The notes: generated by a model from the letters alone, not told the origin. 64,000 nucleotides of DNA from Octopus sinensis (GCF_006345805.1 NC_043000.1:161324001-161388000), one strand, 5' to 3'. Counted from the stretch's first letter, positions 13,896-27,648 are shown. Numbers and translations are program-made.

Positions 13896-16030
13896 TGTGT
13901 GTGTGTATACACACATATATATATATGGAAAGTGAGACAGACAGACAGCGATTAATATATATATAATTATAAAGATATAATTATAATGAAGGGAGCTGAG
14001 GGGGCTGATAAACAACATCAGCATGCTAGAAATAGATGCCAAATTGCGCTAAAGCCACATCGCCTCCAGAATCCTCAAAACAATCATATTATCTGCTAGA
14101 AATAGCAGCCAACACTTTCTCAAATAAAATCTAACCTTATATAAATTTTTTTTAAATATGTAATCCTTGGTAAACTATATATAAAAAAAATAATAATTAA
14201 TAAATAAATAAATAAAGTGATAGTCATGGTTAGAAAGCCTTTGGTCATATGGCATGATGAAGGATGATCTGGGACCAAAAAAGCAAAAAGCTAAAATAGC
14301 AACAACAACATCGAACCCCTGCGTTACATCACCCGGTATCATCCTCATCTATTATTTGACTCCCATCACAACCGAAATCCATTAGTAATATGACTGATAC
14401 TATCACCACCACAACCACTGTTGGTATCATCATGATCACAATTACTAACAATAGCACCAGAAGCAGCAACACCAACAGCAACTAATAATGTCCTAACGTG
14501 ATCGCGGGAACTGCTAGAAATAGCAACTAAATCTTTTTCCACTCTCACCCACGGGCCTTATAAAAAGGGAATGGAATCATTAGATATTATAGTCCTGCAT
14601 GTAACTAAAATTACAGAATGGTCAATGTTGAAGTATCTCTAACCATAGATCTGTTACCTCAGAATTTACCCGGAGCTAAACTACCAAAACAATATTGCCA
14701 GCAAAAATACTATCAACACCGACACATCTAAATCCAGTTCTCCGCCATCATCTCGGTCGCCACAACTGCAGCGACTACACTTTTCATTGTTGCAATTTAC
14801 TCACTTAATATCATCGCCAACAGCAACTCTATGATTTCATCTACTTGACCACTTATCTAACAACCGCTGCAATCCCGCTATCCCCAACGATATCTTCTTC
14901 ATTGGATCCGAAGTTGATCACCACTCGCTCCACAACCCAACTACCAATGTTTACTACAAACACATCTAGTAATCCTGCTATACACCTAACTTCTACCAGC
15001 ACTACTACTCTCCCCACCGTCACCAGAATTACCATTTCCTATCCCCACCACTACCATCTCCGTAAACCACAGCCACTTGGCCATGAGCACAACCAATACT
15101 AATTCTATAAACTCCGTTTCCCCTACCACAGTCGTTACTCACTTCAGGAAAACCAGACCCGCAAAGCTTTACCAAATCAACTCTCACCAACTCCTTCATC
15201 ACCGCTCCAACTACCTTCATCGTCAATCCAATCTTATGCAATCCCATCCACAAGACTAGCAGTGCTAGTATCAATCAAACGAATCCATGAAAAGCTAACT
15301 GGTACCAATAACATACTATTTAGGGATTGGATTATCATCAGGGATTATTTAACCGTCAATATCAAACTAATTAGCGGAATGATATCAGCGTCAACCAATG
15401 GTATCACATCAGTAGCTTCATAACGCCTAACAGGCATCGTATGTTTCTCATTTTCAGATGAAGGACGGGGGTGAAATATATGTGCACGTGTGCAGGCGTG
15501 CGTATGCGTATGTGTGCGCCTGCATGCGCTTGGTCATATGTGTGCATGTTCGTGTGTATGTGTATGGGTACGTGTCCGTGTGTGTATGCGTGTGTGTGTA
15601 TGTGTATGTGTGTGTGTGTATGTGCATGTTTGTGTTGCGTGTGTGAATAGGTCCCTCTCATATTGGCATCAACAGGCATAATCAATATTAGGAACAGCGG
15701 TTGCATTGCGTTTTCGATGTCATCAGTCATCAACCTCATACTACTACTACTACTACTACTACTACTGCTGCTACTACTACTACTACTACTACTATGACTG
15801 CAATCCCTTTTACTACGACAATCATCACAGTGACTACTAACATTACTACCACCAATGCTGATGTTGCTGCTACTACTACTATAACCACAACCATTACAGT
15901 AACTACTACCACCACCACTACCGCCACCGTCACCGCCACCGCCACCACCATCACAAACATTACTGTCACCAACACCATCACTTCTACCACCCCTAGTACT
16001 ACTACCACTACTACAACTATGCAGCTTCCA
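12830..16030 (+). repeat. Long degenerate (ACC/ATC/ACT)-derived low-complexity domain interrupted by (TA)n and (GT)n arrays
   Basis: C/A-rich, G-poor triplet periodicity at 12830-13570, 14300-15400 and 15735-16030; (TA)n at 13581-13708; degenerate (GT)n at 15480-15645. Confidence 0.75.
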
Positions 16031-16257
16031 CCTTATTATATCCCACCCTTATTCTACCCTATTTCCGTCACTTTTCTCTCAATACTTCCTACGACTTCAT
16101 ATTCGTCCCTTACTGTCCCCTACTTTCTCACGTTTAATTTCATTCTCCACTATCCTTTGTTTCTTCTGCTTTTATCTTCTTTTCTGTTTTATTGTCTGCT
16201 TTTTTTTCTTCTTGAATTGTCGTTTATCTTCATCTACTAACACATCAACTTTCCGCC

Positions 16258-16476
16258 GGTCCTCTTCTTCTTCTTCTCTTCTTCTTCTTCTTCTTCTTCT
16301 TCTTCTTCTTCTTCTTCATTTTCTTCTTCTTCTCCTCCCCTTAGTTTTCTTCTTCTCCACCTCTTTCCTCTTCTTTTTCTTCATTGTCTTCTTCTTCTCT
16401 TTCCTCTTCTTCTCCTCTTCTTCTTCTTCTTCTTCACTTTTTTCCTCTTCTTCTTCGTCTTCTTCTTCCTTTCTTT
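16258..16476 (+). repeat. (TTC)n pyrimidine tract
   Basis: Direct read. Confidence 0.9.
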
Positions 16477-17199
16477 ATATATATATATATATATATATAT
16501 TGTTATGTTGGTGAATTTTAGAAAATTCCTTGTTTAATCATTATCTCCACCTCACTATCAGATTAACAGCCAGAAGAACGATAATGATGATCATTTCATT
16601 CATTTGCCACAGGGCACCCGATGAGTAGGATATTACAAAAACATGTTGAAATTTTTGTTGGGGGTTACATAAATCGTGTACACATTAAGTTTACTAGATA
16701 GGGTAAGTAAAATTTAATGTAGGCATTGTATACAAAATGTGGGAATGCACGAGTAATAATATTCTCGTGATAAAGAACTTCGGACTAGGGTCAATGAAGG
16801 AACCACATCCAAGATCCCAGGACTGCCAAGGGTACCAGTCCACGCAACTAATGTTCTCTAACGTACGCGTGCATGGTTGGTGTTGCTCTGTCTACAATCA
16901 CTCAGCATTCGTCAACTTCTTTGGAGGAGCGCACTTTCCTATCAATATTCACTTTACTTTTCATGTGACATTTGAGGATGATTGGTGTCTGAAGGTACCT
17001 TGTATTCCAGACACACAATCTGGATATTTGCTTGAACCAGGGCTACAGCGAGAGCAAGGAGTTGTACTGCCAAAGAACATATTTAGAGATATAGACCACA
17101 TCTATTCAAAGTCCTACAACCAATATTTTAGTTGGTTACAGCTCCATTGCATATCTGCTTATCAGCCGCCTGGTCATGACAAGAAAGTCTTCCGTAAGG

Positions 17200-17932
17200 C
17201 AGCGGTATAGCTAGTGGACATATCCCTTCTACAGAGGAGTAGACATTCTAGTCTCCTCAGACTAGTATAGAGGTAAATTACGATTTTTAAGCGGTAAATT
17301 ATAACGGGGACAATGGAAGGACTCGCCAAATTGACTTAACCTTTTAGGGACAGCTTCCTCTCAACCCGTATGTGGTGAGAAGCAGAGTACCCTTCTTATA
17401 AACTTATCCATTTTCCTGTTCACCGGAGATTCGGGAAGAATCCGAAGCAGTGTAACTGCCCCATCTTCTAGTGACCTACGTCACATTTCAGTAGCATATA
17501 TTTTCCTTTCCATGTGCAAAGCTGCGGACACAGAAACTTGTCGGTATTTATCTTTGCTATTCAGATCGCTTTTAGGTAGTTGGCACTGACACTATTTCTT
17601 TAGAATGATATCAAATACCGAAACAACCGTGGTGTTTTACATCATTACGTTCACTTCATCTGCATACCGACAGACCTCTCTTGTATCAAACGGTTTGTCC
17701 TTCGACAATTACAGCTTCCGCAGAAGAGTTTGAGAGACAGCATGCATAAGATAAGGGAACACCCCTGACAGTCCGAGTGCACCATAGGAAACATCTAAGA
17801 AATGCTGCTATTTTGTTTGGTCATTGAGCAACTGCCACTGTGTATTACTGCTGAAAACAGGTCTGGAACTGGCTGTGTTGTCACAACTGCCATATACCCA
17901 TAATGGAGCCTATCGAAAGCTTTTGGCTAATT
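17200..17932 (-). mobile_element. Heavily degraded Tx1-clade RT fragment related to the 1970-5440 element
   Basis: Manual minus-strand translation across frameshifts gives AKAFDR-like, GCPL/LLRKL-like, YADEVNV and ERKLSLKG, in the same order as the young copy (SKAFDR, GCPLS..LLRKL, YADDVTV, ERKLSLKG). Confidence 0.7.
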
Positions 17933-18192
17933 CCAATTTGTTTTCCCACTCATTGTGATTTTCATCATATCAGATAGGAATTGGCATTCGGGGATCGTTT
18001 GGGTTATTGGTGCTTTCTCGGCCCAAACTATCGACAACAAAACCCAACTTTTTGATAAAACCGTGGCTAAAATCTTGAACTCAGCATTCAGCAGGGTTAT
18101 TGCCAGAAATTATTGAAGTCATTCAATTTGTTAATGTTTTCAACCCTAGCTCACATGTTTTGGAATTCTTCCGTTTTGTTATCAGTTGCAAT

Positions 18193-18270
18193 AGAAGAAG
18201 AAGAAGAAGAAGAAGAAGAAGAAGAAGAAGAAGAAGAAGAAGAAGAAGAAGAAGAAGAAGAAGAAGAAGA
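18193..18270 (+). repeat. (AAG)n microsatellite
   Basis: Direct read; it explains the poly-Arg ORF 18100..18378. Confidence 0.95.
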
Positions 18271-18892
18271 AGCCCTGGATATGGCATGAAGCCGCATCCG
18301 GTTGTGGCTTCACGACGTGGGAAGAACAAGGTTACCTTTAAGCACAGCTTTAAAGGTCACCGTTTGGGTACAGTGTAGTGCCTGTAAGCCCACCCCGAGA
18401 CCTAAGTGTACCAGATGGGTTTTTGGCGCCGTTAAACCTGTCCAATTGGAGGAAGGGTCCTATTAGCATTGGTCGGCAACCCCTTTAGAGAAGGTAATTC
18501 AGCAAAAACACCGCTGGTTGTGCCATCTCATCACCAACATTCCCAGGAATGGAAATGTCAAATACAAAGATATTAAACACTGGATTGAATAAGAGTAAAA
18601 TAGAAAACAGTGTACTCTAGGAGCCTTGGTTAGCAATCCACCTAGTGCTGGTGTCAGAATAAAAATACTAGTGATTGCACAAACTTATAAATGCTACCTC
18701 TAAATGAGTGATTTCAAAATTCAATAATAAATTCAACTGGAATTGTTAACAGTGAAGAAAAAATCTAGTTGAGTAATTACAGTGCAGCACAGAAAAACTA
18801 GTAAACACGGTTAATAAAGAATAGGTGCTGAAACGCGTGATAGGAGAAAAGGACAACAATGAAATACAGAGCACATCAGACAGACGGAAGAG

Positions 18893-19745
18893 AAACATCA
18901 GCATGGCCAATTTTGGAGAGCCACTGAAGACGCATGTGGAACAATATCCTGGGCTTGGTTAAAAAGGCGGCAATTAAAAAAGAAACAGAGAGCGAGTGCC
19001 CAATTGTAGCAGGCTAAGATCAAGCAGTAAAAACAAACAACTTGAGAAAAATGTATATGGAGTGAATGAGTCAGAAAAATGTAGATCCTGTGGAACTTGG
19101 AACGAGACAGTAGCACACATTGTGGAAGAATACCCCCAAGTTGGCGCAGAATAAAATAAATGGAGGCACGGCCATGTTGTAAATGTTTTATCCTGGAAAC
19201 TGTGTCAGAAATGGGGATTTGAAGCCGGAAACCCATAGCACTATCATCAAGTCGAAGGAGGACAGGAGTCGGAGAAATGTAAGATTTTGTGAGACATTAT
19301 CATTTCAAACAGACAAGAAGTTGGAAAATAATTGACCAGATATTGCAGTCATGAATAAGGAAAAGTGAAGTTGCTTACTTATTGACCCATCATTCCCGTT
19401 TGATTCCAGGATTGTAAAGTAAGAGGAAGATAAACAAAGAAAATACAAGCCTTTAAAATTTGAAATAGGAAGAATTTGGAGCATGTGATCAGTAAAGATC
19501 GTGCCTATAATTGGTGCGTTGAGAAGAAGCCAAGATATATACAAATTACTGAAGGAGACTGAAATAGAATGCCTGTTAGAGCTCCTAGAGAAAGCTTGTT
19601 TCTTAGGGACAGCAATGATTATCAGGAGGGCTCTAAGCACTTGAAAGACCGTCGAAAACTTGTAGACACCCAAGGTTACAGGTAGTAACACGCTATCCAC
19701 ATAAATCCTACCAAGAATATGACCAAACCTCAGCCAAACCAAAAA
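18893..19745 (+). mobile_element. R4/Dong-type RLE non-LTR retrotransposon, degraded 3' fragment ending in (TAA)n
   Basis: Frameshifted translation: HGQFW..., EKCR.CG..NETV.HIV, LCQKWGF, FQTDKKLENN.PDIAV, LLIDPSFPFD, EKACFLGTAMIIRRAL; followed by 3' UTR and (TAA)n from ~19745. Confidence 0.8.
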
Positions 19746-19789
19746 TAATAAAGATAATATTAATATTAATGATAATAATAATAATAATG

Positions 19790-19830
<41 letters not shown>

Positions 19831-19831
<1 letters not shown>

Positions 19832-20385
19832 GCCCTGATGCAGTACCAGGCAGTGGCTCTCATGGCTTCTGATCTTAACTGATTGGAAGTGTTATCATGT
19901 ACATTGTTTTGTCTTGGTATAAAAGATGGGCTACAGCAAATATTCTGCTCAATACCACAGATTTGCTTGTCAGTTGTTTGACCTTAACCAGTTGAGCATG
20001 TCCCTTAGTGGCTGACGATATGTGCATCTCTGATCACGAGCAGAAGTAGTGGGGGAGCATCATAGCTATGTGTTGAGAGGGATTCTTTGGGGTTTGAATA
20101 TTTCACCTCTGGAAACATGGGTGGTTCTTTCAACATCCTTAAACAACCCTTATTCAGGGACCGTTTGAGCGGGATGGGCTACTCAACTTGAAGAAAATTC
20201 TAACTGGGCCCCACCTGCAAGGTCATGTGCTGCTTATCTTGATATGAGATCACCATGTCGCGCACATATGGTTGTGATGCATGTGCCTGGTGTACATTTA
20301 TCAGACGGGTAGTCATGATGGGTATATTGGGCTTCGTATATTTTACCCCAGTGTCACTTTGATGGCATGAACTGCTCTCTCACTC
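19831..20385 (+). mobile_element. 555-bp non-coding interspersed element flanked on both sides by (TAA)n
   Basis: Sharp junctions with TAA arrays at both ends. An inverted partial copy is present at 37675-38066. Confidence 0.75.
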
Positions 20386-20437
<52 letters not shown>

Positions 20438-23400
20438 TTTTGGTAATATGACAGTAATTTTAAGGGAAATTGGAGACTGGTACATTATTTCATCGATTCC
20501 GGATGGATGAAAGGAAAAGTTCACTACAGCAAATGTTTAACCTACATTCTAAAGTGCTGGTACAAATACCGCAAGACAGTTTGTCAGGAGCTCTAATACT
20601 TCTTGCTAGAAATAATTCTTCTTATATAGGAACAAATTCTGAAATTTGACGTTGTGGAAGAATCAGTACCTCTTGACTTGTACTTGATTTTATCGACCTT
20701 GTAAAAGGTGAAAGGTAAAGTGAACATCGGAGTGATTCGAAACCAATACGTTAAGTAGCGAATGAATTACTGCAGGCCATTTTTTTTTTATTTATTCATG
20801 TATTTTGGCAGTAACAACAACAGCAACACTAGCAACAACAGCAACAACAATAATAATGATGTCACTATCATTACCACCAATCAACATCATGACTGTCTTC
20901 CTTATCACAATCGCCACCTCCAACATCACACTATCATCGCCATCGCATTATTTCCTCTGTATCTCTTCATCTTCAGCTCAATTGTTTATTTTTATCATTA
21001 ATCATTTTGTCTTCTCCCTACATCCCCTTCACCTTCACCTCATTATTTTCTTCACTCTCATTTGTCTCTAAATCAGATTACCAAACATATCATTTGTCAC
21101 TGTTCTTTGTAATATCTTGCCATCTGCGTCACAATGTTCCATTCTTGGTTGAAACATTTCACCACTGGTTCAATATAACTTTTATTTCTGGGAATGATTG
21201 CTATCACCAAGATGACATGCGCAAAACACATAGACACACATACTCAAATATACACTCATATACTCACACATACAAATGAAAAGGCCCTTAGGTGTTAAGT
21301 CAAAAAGGAGATGAAGTATTGAGAAATATCTTTCATTTGATATTTTTCTTCAAAACCTGCATAGTTATTTGAAAAATATTGAAGGCAATTTTGATGAAGT
21401 TTCGCAATCAACTGTCGAACAGAAAAATGAACTATTAAAGGGTGTTTCTCTTTTTTTTATGTTATGCAACCAACTGTTTTATAGGACTTCTGAGAATACT
21501 GATGGATATATACTGGACTTCATAATACGACTGAGCGATATTTATAATGGAATGAATATATAAGATATATAAGCTGCATCAAGATTTCTAACATTAGTAC
21601 CTATAAGATCAAACATTCTAGAGTAGGCTACATTTCAATGTATATTGACTCGACTCCGATAATTGGTTGGTACATTATTTCCTCTATCCCCCGAAGCATT
21701 GTGTGTAGACTCTGAACAGGAGTTGAATTGAAAACCACAAAAGATGAAATATAAATACTGCATATCATTTTCTTGGCTTATTTAGGGATTACAGTATCGA
21801 CACACGTCATATAATAATAGCAGGAAGGTAATTTACATTCTAAATTATAATATCTCAGTTATATTAAGAAATATCTTTGAAATATATGAGACGTCATGTT
21901 GCTGAAATTCTGGTCAGAGCGCGGGCTACTAACCCCAATTCTGATTTGCTATTCTTCATCAGGGATCGAATTCTGTACGTTTTAGAGAAATTGCAAAATT
22001 TATGTAAAGTTACCATTATTTCGCTTATAACTAAATCAGATAGACTTTCGTCATTTACTTCTGTAACGTAAATTACCGACGCGCCAACAGTGTCTAGTCT
22101 ACATTTTAAAGGCTGCTATGGAGGAGTATACTCCAAGATTGTAGCCCTGTAATGCTGCATTCGTAAAATGATTATATTCATGATGAAATCGCATAGATTC
22201 GTCATGTTTTTTATACAGTCTTATCGTGGAGAGTAAATCAAAATAATTTAGAATTTGAATTATTTGAATAGTGTAAAAATAAAAAGGACAGTATAAAAAA
22301 CGGTGAAATATCGAAAGACAAATACGTAGGAAAACTGTATCCACTTTTCGTCATACATAGACAACGCCAAGCATTTTGGTGACATCAACTTGTGGCCACA
22401 TGACTGCACGTGTCTCTGCAAGAAATTGTTACACTATGCTAAAATAAATCCCGCAAAACATAGTGAGTGAAATTCTTATCCCAAAGGAAGTTATGTTTAA
22501 TAGCATGTACAAACAAGTCACTCGGAGAAGAAACATGCCATTTTCATTATAATTCTGGACACTGTAAATTGAAGGTATCACAAATTTTAGCCAGTGATAG
22601 CCAGTGGTCGAATTGATTAAACGATAAACTGGGGGATCTTGATCTTTGTTTTTGTGAAATCGTCTACTCTCAAGTTGTTGAATGATGGAAATGAGATAAC
22701 TTCGAAATGTCGACACTAAAGAGAGTTCATTTTACGGAAATGTATTCATTCTTCACACTGAATATATTGCAAATTTAGAAGTGGAATTTCTTTGAAATTA
22801 CACAATCTTTTTTATGAATTTATTGATTTAGTGTTTTCCTTCCTCACCCTTATTTTGTGTCAAAATTCTCTTTTGAAGTGTTGTGCAAATTATTTCGAAA
22901 GAAAAATGAAAAATATTATTAAACCAAGTTCTCTTTTCTTGAATTTGTCGATTTAATCTTGTTCACCTTTACTTTGTATTTCAAGTCAATAAATAAATTA
23001 AATAAAGCAAAAAGATGTCCTACATTCAATAAATATCTCCTACCTCATGTTTTTCTGTTATTTCTTTATATTACAATGAATTTCTCAAGTTTCTCTTCCT
23101 TCGCCTCAACCCTCGCATATATGTTTAGCTCTTACTCTCCTCAACCATTCTGCTTTTTACTCTCTCCCTTCGACAAACAACTTTCATAATCCCAAACCTC
23201 ACACTTCCTTGTTAAACTTCACACTCATCACTCATAAATATGCGCTTTTTCTATTAGGCTATAAAACTTTATCATATTTATTTTTATCGTAGTTCAGAGC
23301 AAGCCAACTCCTTATTTCTTGCTCCAGCATTGTCTAATACTTGTTAAATATTTCTATTACTTTTTTGCCCCACCGGCATAATTCTTTTTATATTGTTATT

Positions 23401-23605
23401 ATTTTCCTTATCTCTCATATGTAGAAATATTTGTCTTGTTCCATTTCAGGATTCTATATGTATTTTTATCAAAAGACGTCAATTATGTACGATATATTAT
23501 ATTATTCCAAATATGCTTGAAACGAACGTTTTAGCAGGAAACATGCTAAAGTACTCCATAAAATTAGACTCTAACTATTCACAAATAGTTAATAGAATGA
23601 GTATT

Positions 23606-24335
23606 CTTTTATTTGTTTAAGTCATTTGACTCCGGCCATATTAGAGCACCGCCTTTAGTTGAACAAATCGACCCCAGGAGTTATTCTTTGTAAGCCTAGT
23701 ACGTATTCTATCGGTCTCTTTTGCTGACCTGCTAAGTTACGGTGACGTAAGCACACCAACATCGGTTGTCAAGTGATGGTGGTGGGAGAAACATACAGAT
23801 ACATATACATATATATATATTATTATTATATGTAGAAAAATACAAACTGGGACAAGAACGCAAAACACTTAGAAGACGATACAAAAAACACGGACGGGAC
23901 ATTCGAAGCCCTCAATCTTCAGTCAAGAACCGGATCATCGTAGCAATTTCGGCTGATTAATCTTGAGATCGCTCCGATCCGGCCAGCCCCCAGGAAAACT
24001 AAGCTACTAGCATTAGAAAAACTAAGCTACGAGCATTAGATTTCTTGGAAGAAGGATCGAATGTATACGAAATAGGGACAGAAAAACGGACGATGCCACA
24101 CGAATATAAAATCAAAAAAACAATAATGAAATACAAAAAACAAAAATGAAATACAATAATGAAATACAAGAACAAAAATGAAATACAAAAAACCAGACAC
24201 TCTGGCCCTCGGATTCTGCTTGAAGTTTAAATTACTCTTACACGTGGTTACTCTTACATGTTCATCCACTTATTTAATTCAATAAGTAGCTGAGTACTCA
24301 AAGGCGAAACCATATCACTTACCTACATACATATA

Positions 24336-24373
<38 letters not shown>

Positions 24374-24522
24374 CAGTTTCCGTCTACCAAATCCACTCAG
24401 AAGGCTTTGGTCGGCCCGAGGCTATAGTAGAAGACACTTACGCAAGGTGCCATGCAGTGGGACTGAACCCGGAACCATGTGGTTGGTAAGCAAGCTACTT
24501 GCCACAGAGCTACGCCTGCGCC
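23606..24522 (-). mobile_element. tRNA/CORE-type SINE apparently split at its internal (TA)n by a ~550-bp insertion
   Basis: 5' half with tRNA-like head at 24372-24522 (same sequence type at 56945-57115). Probable 3' half at 23606-23820. Unrelated sequence lies at 23825-24340 between two TA runs. Confidence 0.6.
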
Positions 24523-25000
24523 TCCACACCTGATTCGACCCAGTAGGTGTCGTACCAGAAGTTCACACTAGCCCGTAATCGTCACAAAAAGAGACCTGAA
24601 TATGGCTCGTGGGTGTTGTTTTTTTTGTTGTTTTTTTTTTTGTCACGTAGTAGTTTTAAAATGAGCGTATTACACGTCATGTTATTCCATTCATTTTTTC
24701 TGATGATTAACGGGATTCTCTCGACACTATGTAAGCATCTCATATGTAAAAATGCCTGATAAATATTGTTTTATGTATAATATTTATATATATGACAGGA
24801 TGGATACATACATGGATATGCTTTTTTCATTTAGGTCTGTTTGCATGAACCTATGTATGCATATATGTATGTAGGTAAGTGATATGGTTTCGCCTTTGAG
24901 TACTCAGCTACTTATTGAATTAAATAAGTGGATGAACATGCTATAACCACGTGTAAGAGTAACTTAAACCTCAAGCAGAATCAGAGGCCCACAGTGTCTG
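24194..25000. repeat. Inverted repeat pair: arms 24194-24337 and 24860-25000
   Basis: 24257-24337 is the exact reverse complement of 24860-24940 (81/81); the outer ~60 bp match imperfectly. Confidence 0.95.
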
Positions 25001-25254
25001 ACAAGATTGCATTATCAAATTACAAGTGCAATGCATCCAGCAGGTTTCTCTTCAGTTTCTGTCTACTGAAATTTACTCACACGGTATATAGAGCGACCGA
25101 AGGTTACAACAAATGTGATATTTCATGAAGATGTCGGGCAGTTGGATAGAACATGCATGTACTTGGTTGCAAAGCGGATACGTAACCATAGAGTCATATG
25201 TGTGCCTGTGTATGGGTGTGCATTTGTATATATGAACATTAATTAATATATGCG

Positions 25255-25292
25255 CATATATATATATATATATATATATAGATCGATCGATC

Positions 25293-25364
<72 letters not shown>

Positions 25365-25568
25365 TAGATATAGAATATGAAGAGTTTAGTTCACTTTTGA
25401 TCTAAGCGAATACCTGTACTGGCTAAGTGCTATAGTAGGTTCACATTTAGGTTCCAAGATCACTGATAAGACTGGATTTAGGGATCCGTGCTAGGATTCC
25501 CTTACATCAGGTATATATTGTATTATAGGAAAAGTCTTATATTCTATTATGGTCTTGATTTTCCCTAT

Positions 25569-25628
<60 letters not shown>

Positions 25629-25662
25629 GACAGAGACAGACAGACAGATAGATAGATAGATT

Positions 25663-25708
<46 letters not shown>

Positions 25709-25878
25709 CGGACAGACAGACAGATAGATCGGTCGATCGATAGATAGATAGACAGATAGATAGATAAATACTCACATGCACTTATACATAGGCACACATT
25801 AATATAAACGCATATATATGCATATGCATATATATATATGTATGTATGTATGTATGTATATAAACATATATATGTATT

Positions 25879-25920
<42 letters not shown>
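25255..25920. repeat. Compound (TA)n/(GATA)n/(GA)n/(GACA)n microsatellites
   Basis: Direct read of arrays at ~25255-25370, 25570-25770 and 25870-25920. Confidence 0.9.
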
Positions 25921-25926
<6 letters not shown>

Positions 25927-26587
25927 GAAAGAGAGCGAGTGAGAGAGAGAGAGAGAAAGATATGTATATATATATATATATCAAGAAGGGAAGAAAGAAA
26001 GAGAGAAAGAAAGAAAGGAAGGAAGGAAGGAAGAAAGCGAAAAATGCTAATAAAAAGAAAATGCGTTATTTCTTTTACATTGCAGTTAATCAATTCCATC
26101 GGATATTATTACAGTCAAACATTTCAAAATACAATAATATGCATTGAAAAGGAGATTATAGCAATTGAATTATTTCAAAGTACAATATTACATATTCCCA
26201 AATATCATATCATATACAAAATGCATTACTCTAATCAAAAGCTATGAAGACTAAATATTCCACATTACATCTTGCGTCCAAATTATTTCAAAATACATTA
26301 TAAAACCCCTCTAATTACATAATTACAAAAATATATAATTAAATACTTCAAAGTACATAATTACAAACCAGTTTCACTATTTACGGAGGAGTCAATTTGC
26401 AATGTGCATATGTGTATATGTATGTATATCTATATGATTATACATGTACATATATGAATATAGCGGGCACACGTGCATACATATAAATACGTACATATGC
26501 GTGAATATATAAATACATACATTCACTCATACACACGCACATATGAATATATAAATATATATATATACATGTATATATATGTATGTG

Positions 26588-26620
<33 letters not shown>

Positions 26621-26698
26621 ATATGTATATATATATATATAACGTATATATATGCATATATATATATGTATATATATATGTATATATATATATATATA

Positions 26699-26764
<66 letters not shown>

Positions 26765-27553
26765 TATATATATATATAGGTATGAGAAGATGTATTGGAC
26801 GAGCGACAGTTAAACCGCAAAAGTTTCAACTCAAATGCTAATCCTGCTAAACTCTCACCTTCACCTTTACACACAGCTTGTTCATCCGTATCCAAGTGTG
26901 GGTTATTACTTAAGTACGTGGGCATATCTTGGTACTCCATTATTCCAATAGTTACGTATATTTTTCAATATTCAGTAACACATGATGTTACATTATGCAA
27001 CTAGTAGATTCAGCTTATAGGTCAAGCATAGGCAAACACCTCGTCAGAAATCGAAAAATACAAGCTACAGATAAGCAACAACGAAACGGCAAAATGTTGG
27101 AGGCACGTGTCTGATGTGGAAGGTAGATGGAGGAGGTTGGTAGGTATTTGGAGTGACATAATCGCAGGAGGAACTGGTGTTTGAAGAGCTGGAGTTGGTT
27201 GCCGAGTAAGAATAAGACCTTCTGACGCTCGTACGTGTCCATATTAGGTGGGGGAGTAGAACATAGTAGCCAGCAAGATAAAAAGATTCAATGAAACCTT
27301 TTGGGAGCCAACGGCTCAGTCATAATCACACCTGACACGTACGCCAGTTCACTCGATCTCTGCGTGTGCATGCACATACACATGCCAAGTACACTCACAC
27401 GCACGTACATACACGTGTATATATGTGTGTACATACTCATACCCATACATATTCTCAGAGTTATACGTATAGGGTCACACTCATATACAAACGTACGTGT
27501 GTATACAAACGCAAACATGGACGTACAAATACACGAATGTATATAACATACAT

Positions 27554-27648
<95 letters not shown>

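Noticed and set aside
21315-21563. 83-codon open frame (SIEKYLSFDIFLQNLHSYLKNIEGNFDEVSQ..)
   Set aside because: No recognisable homology and weak splice signals; this length is attainable by chance.
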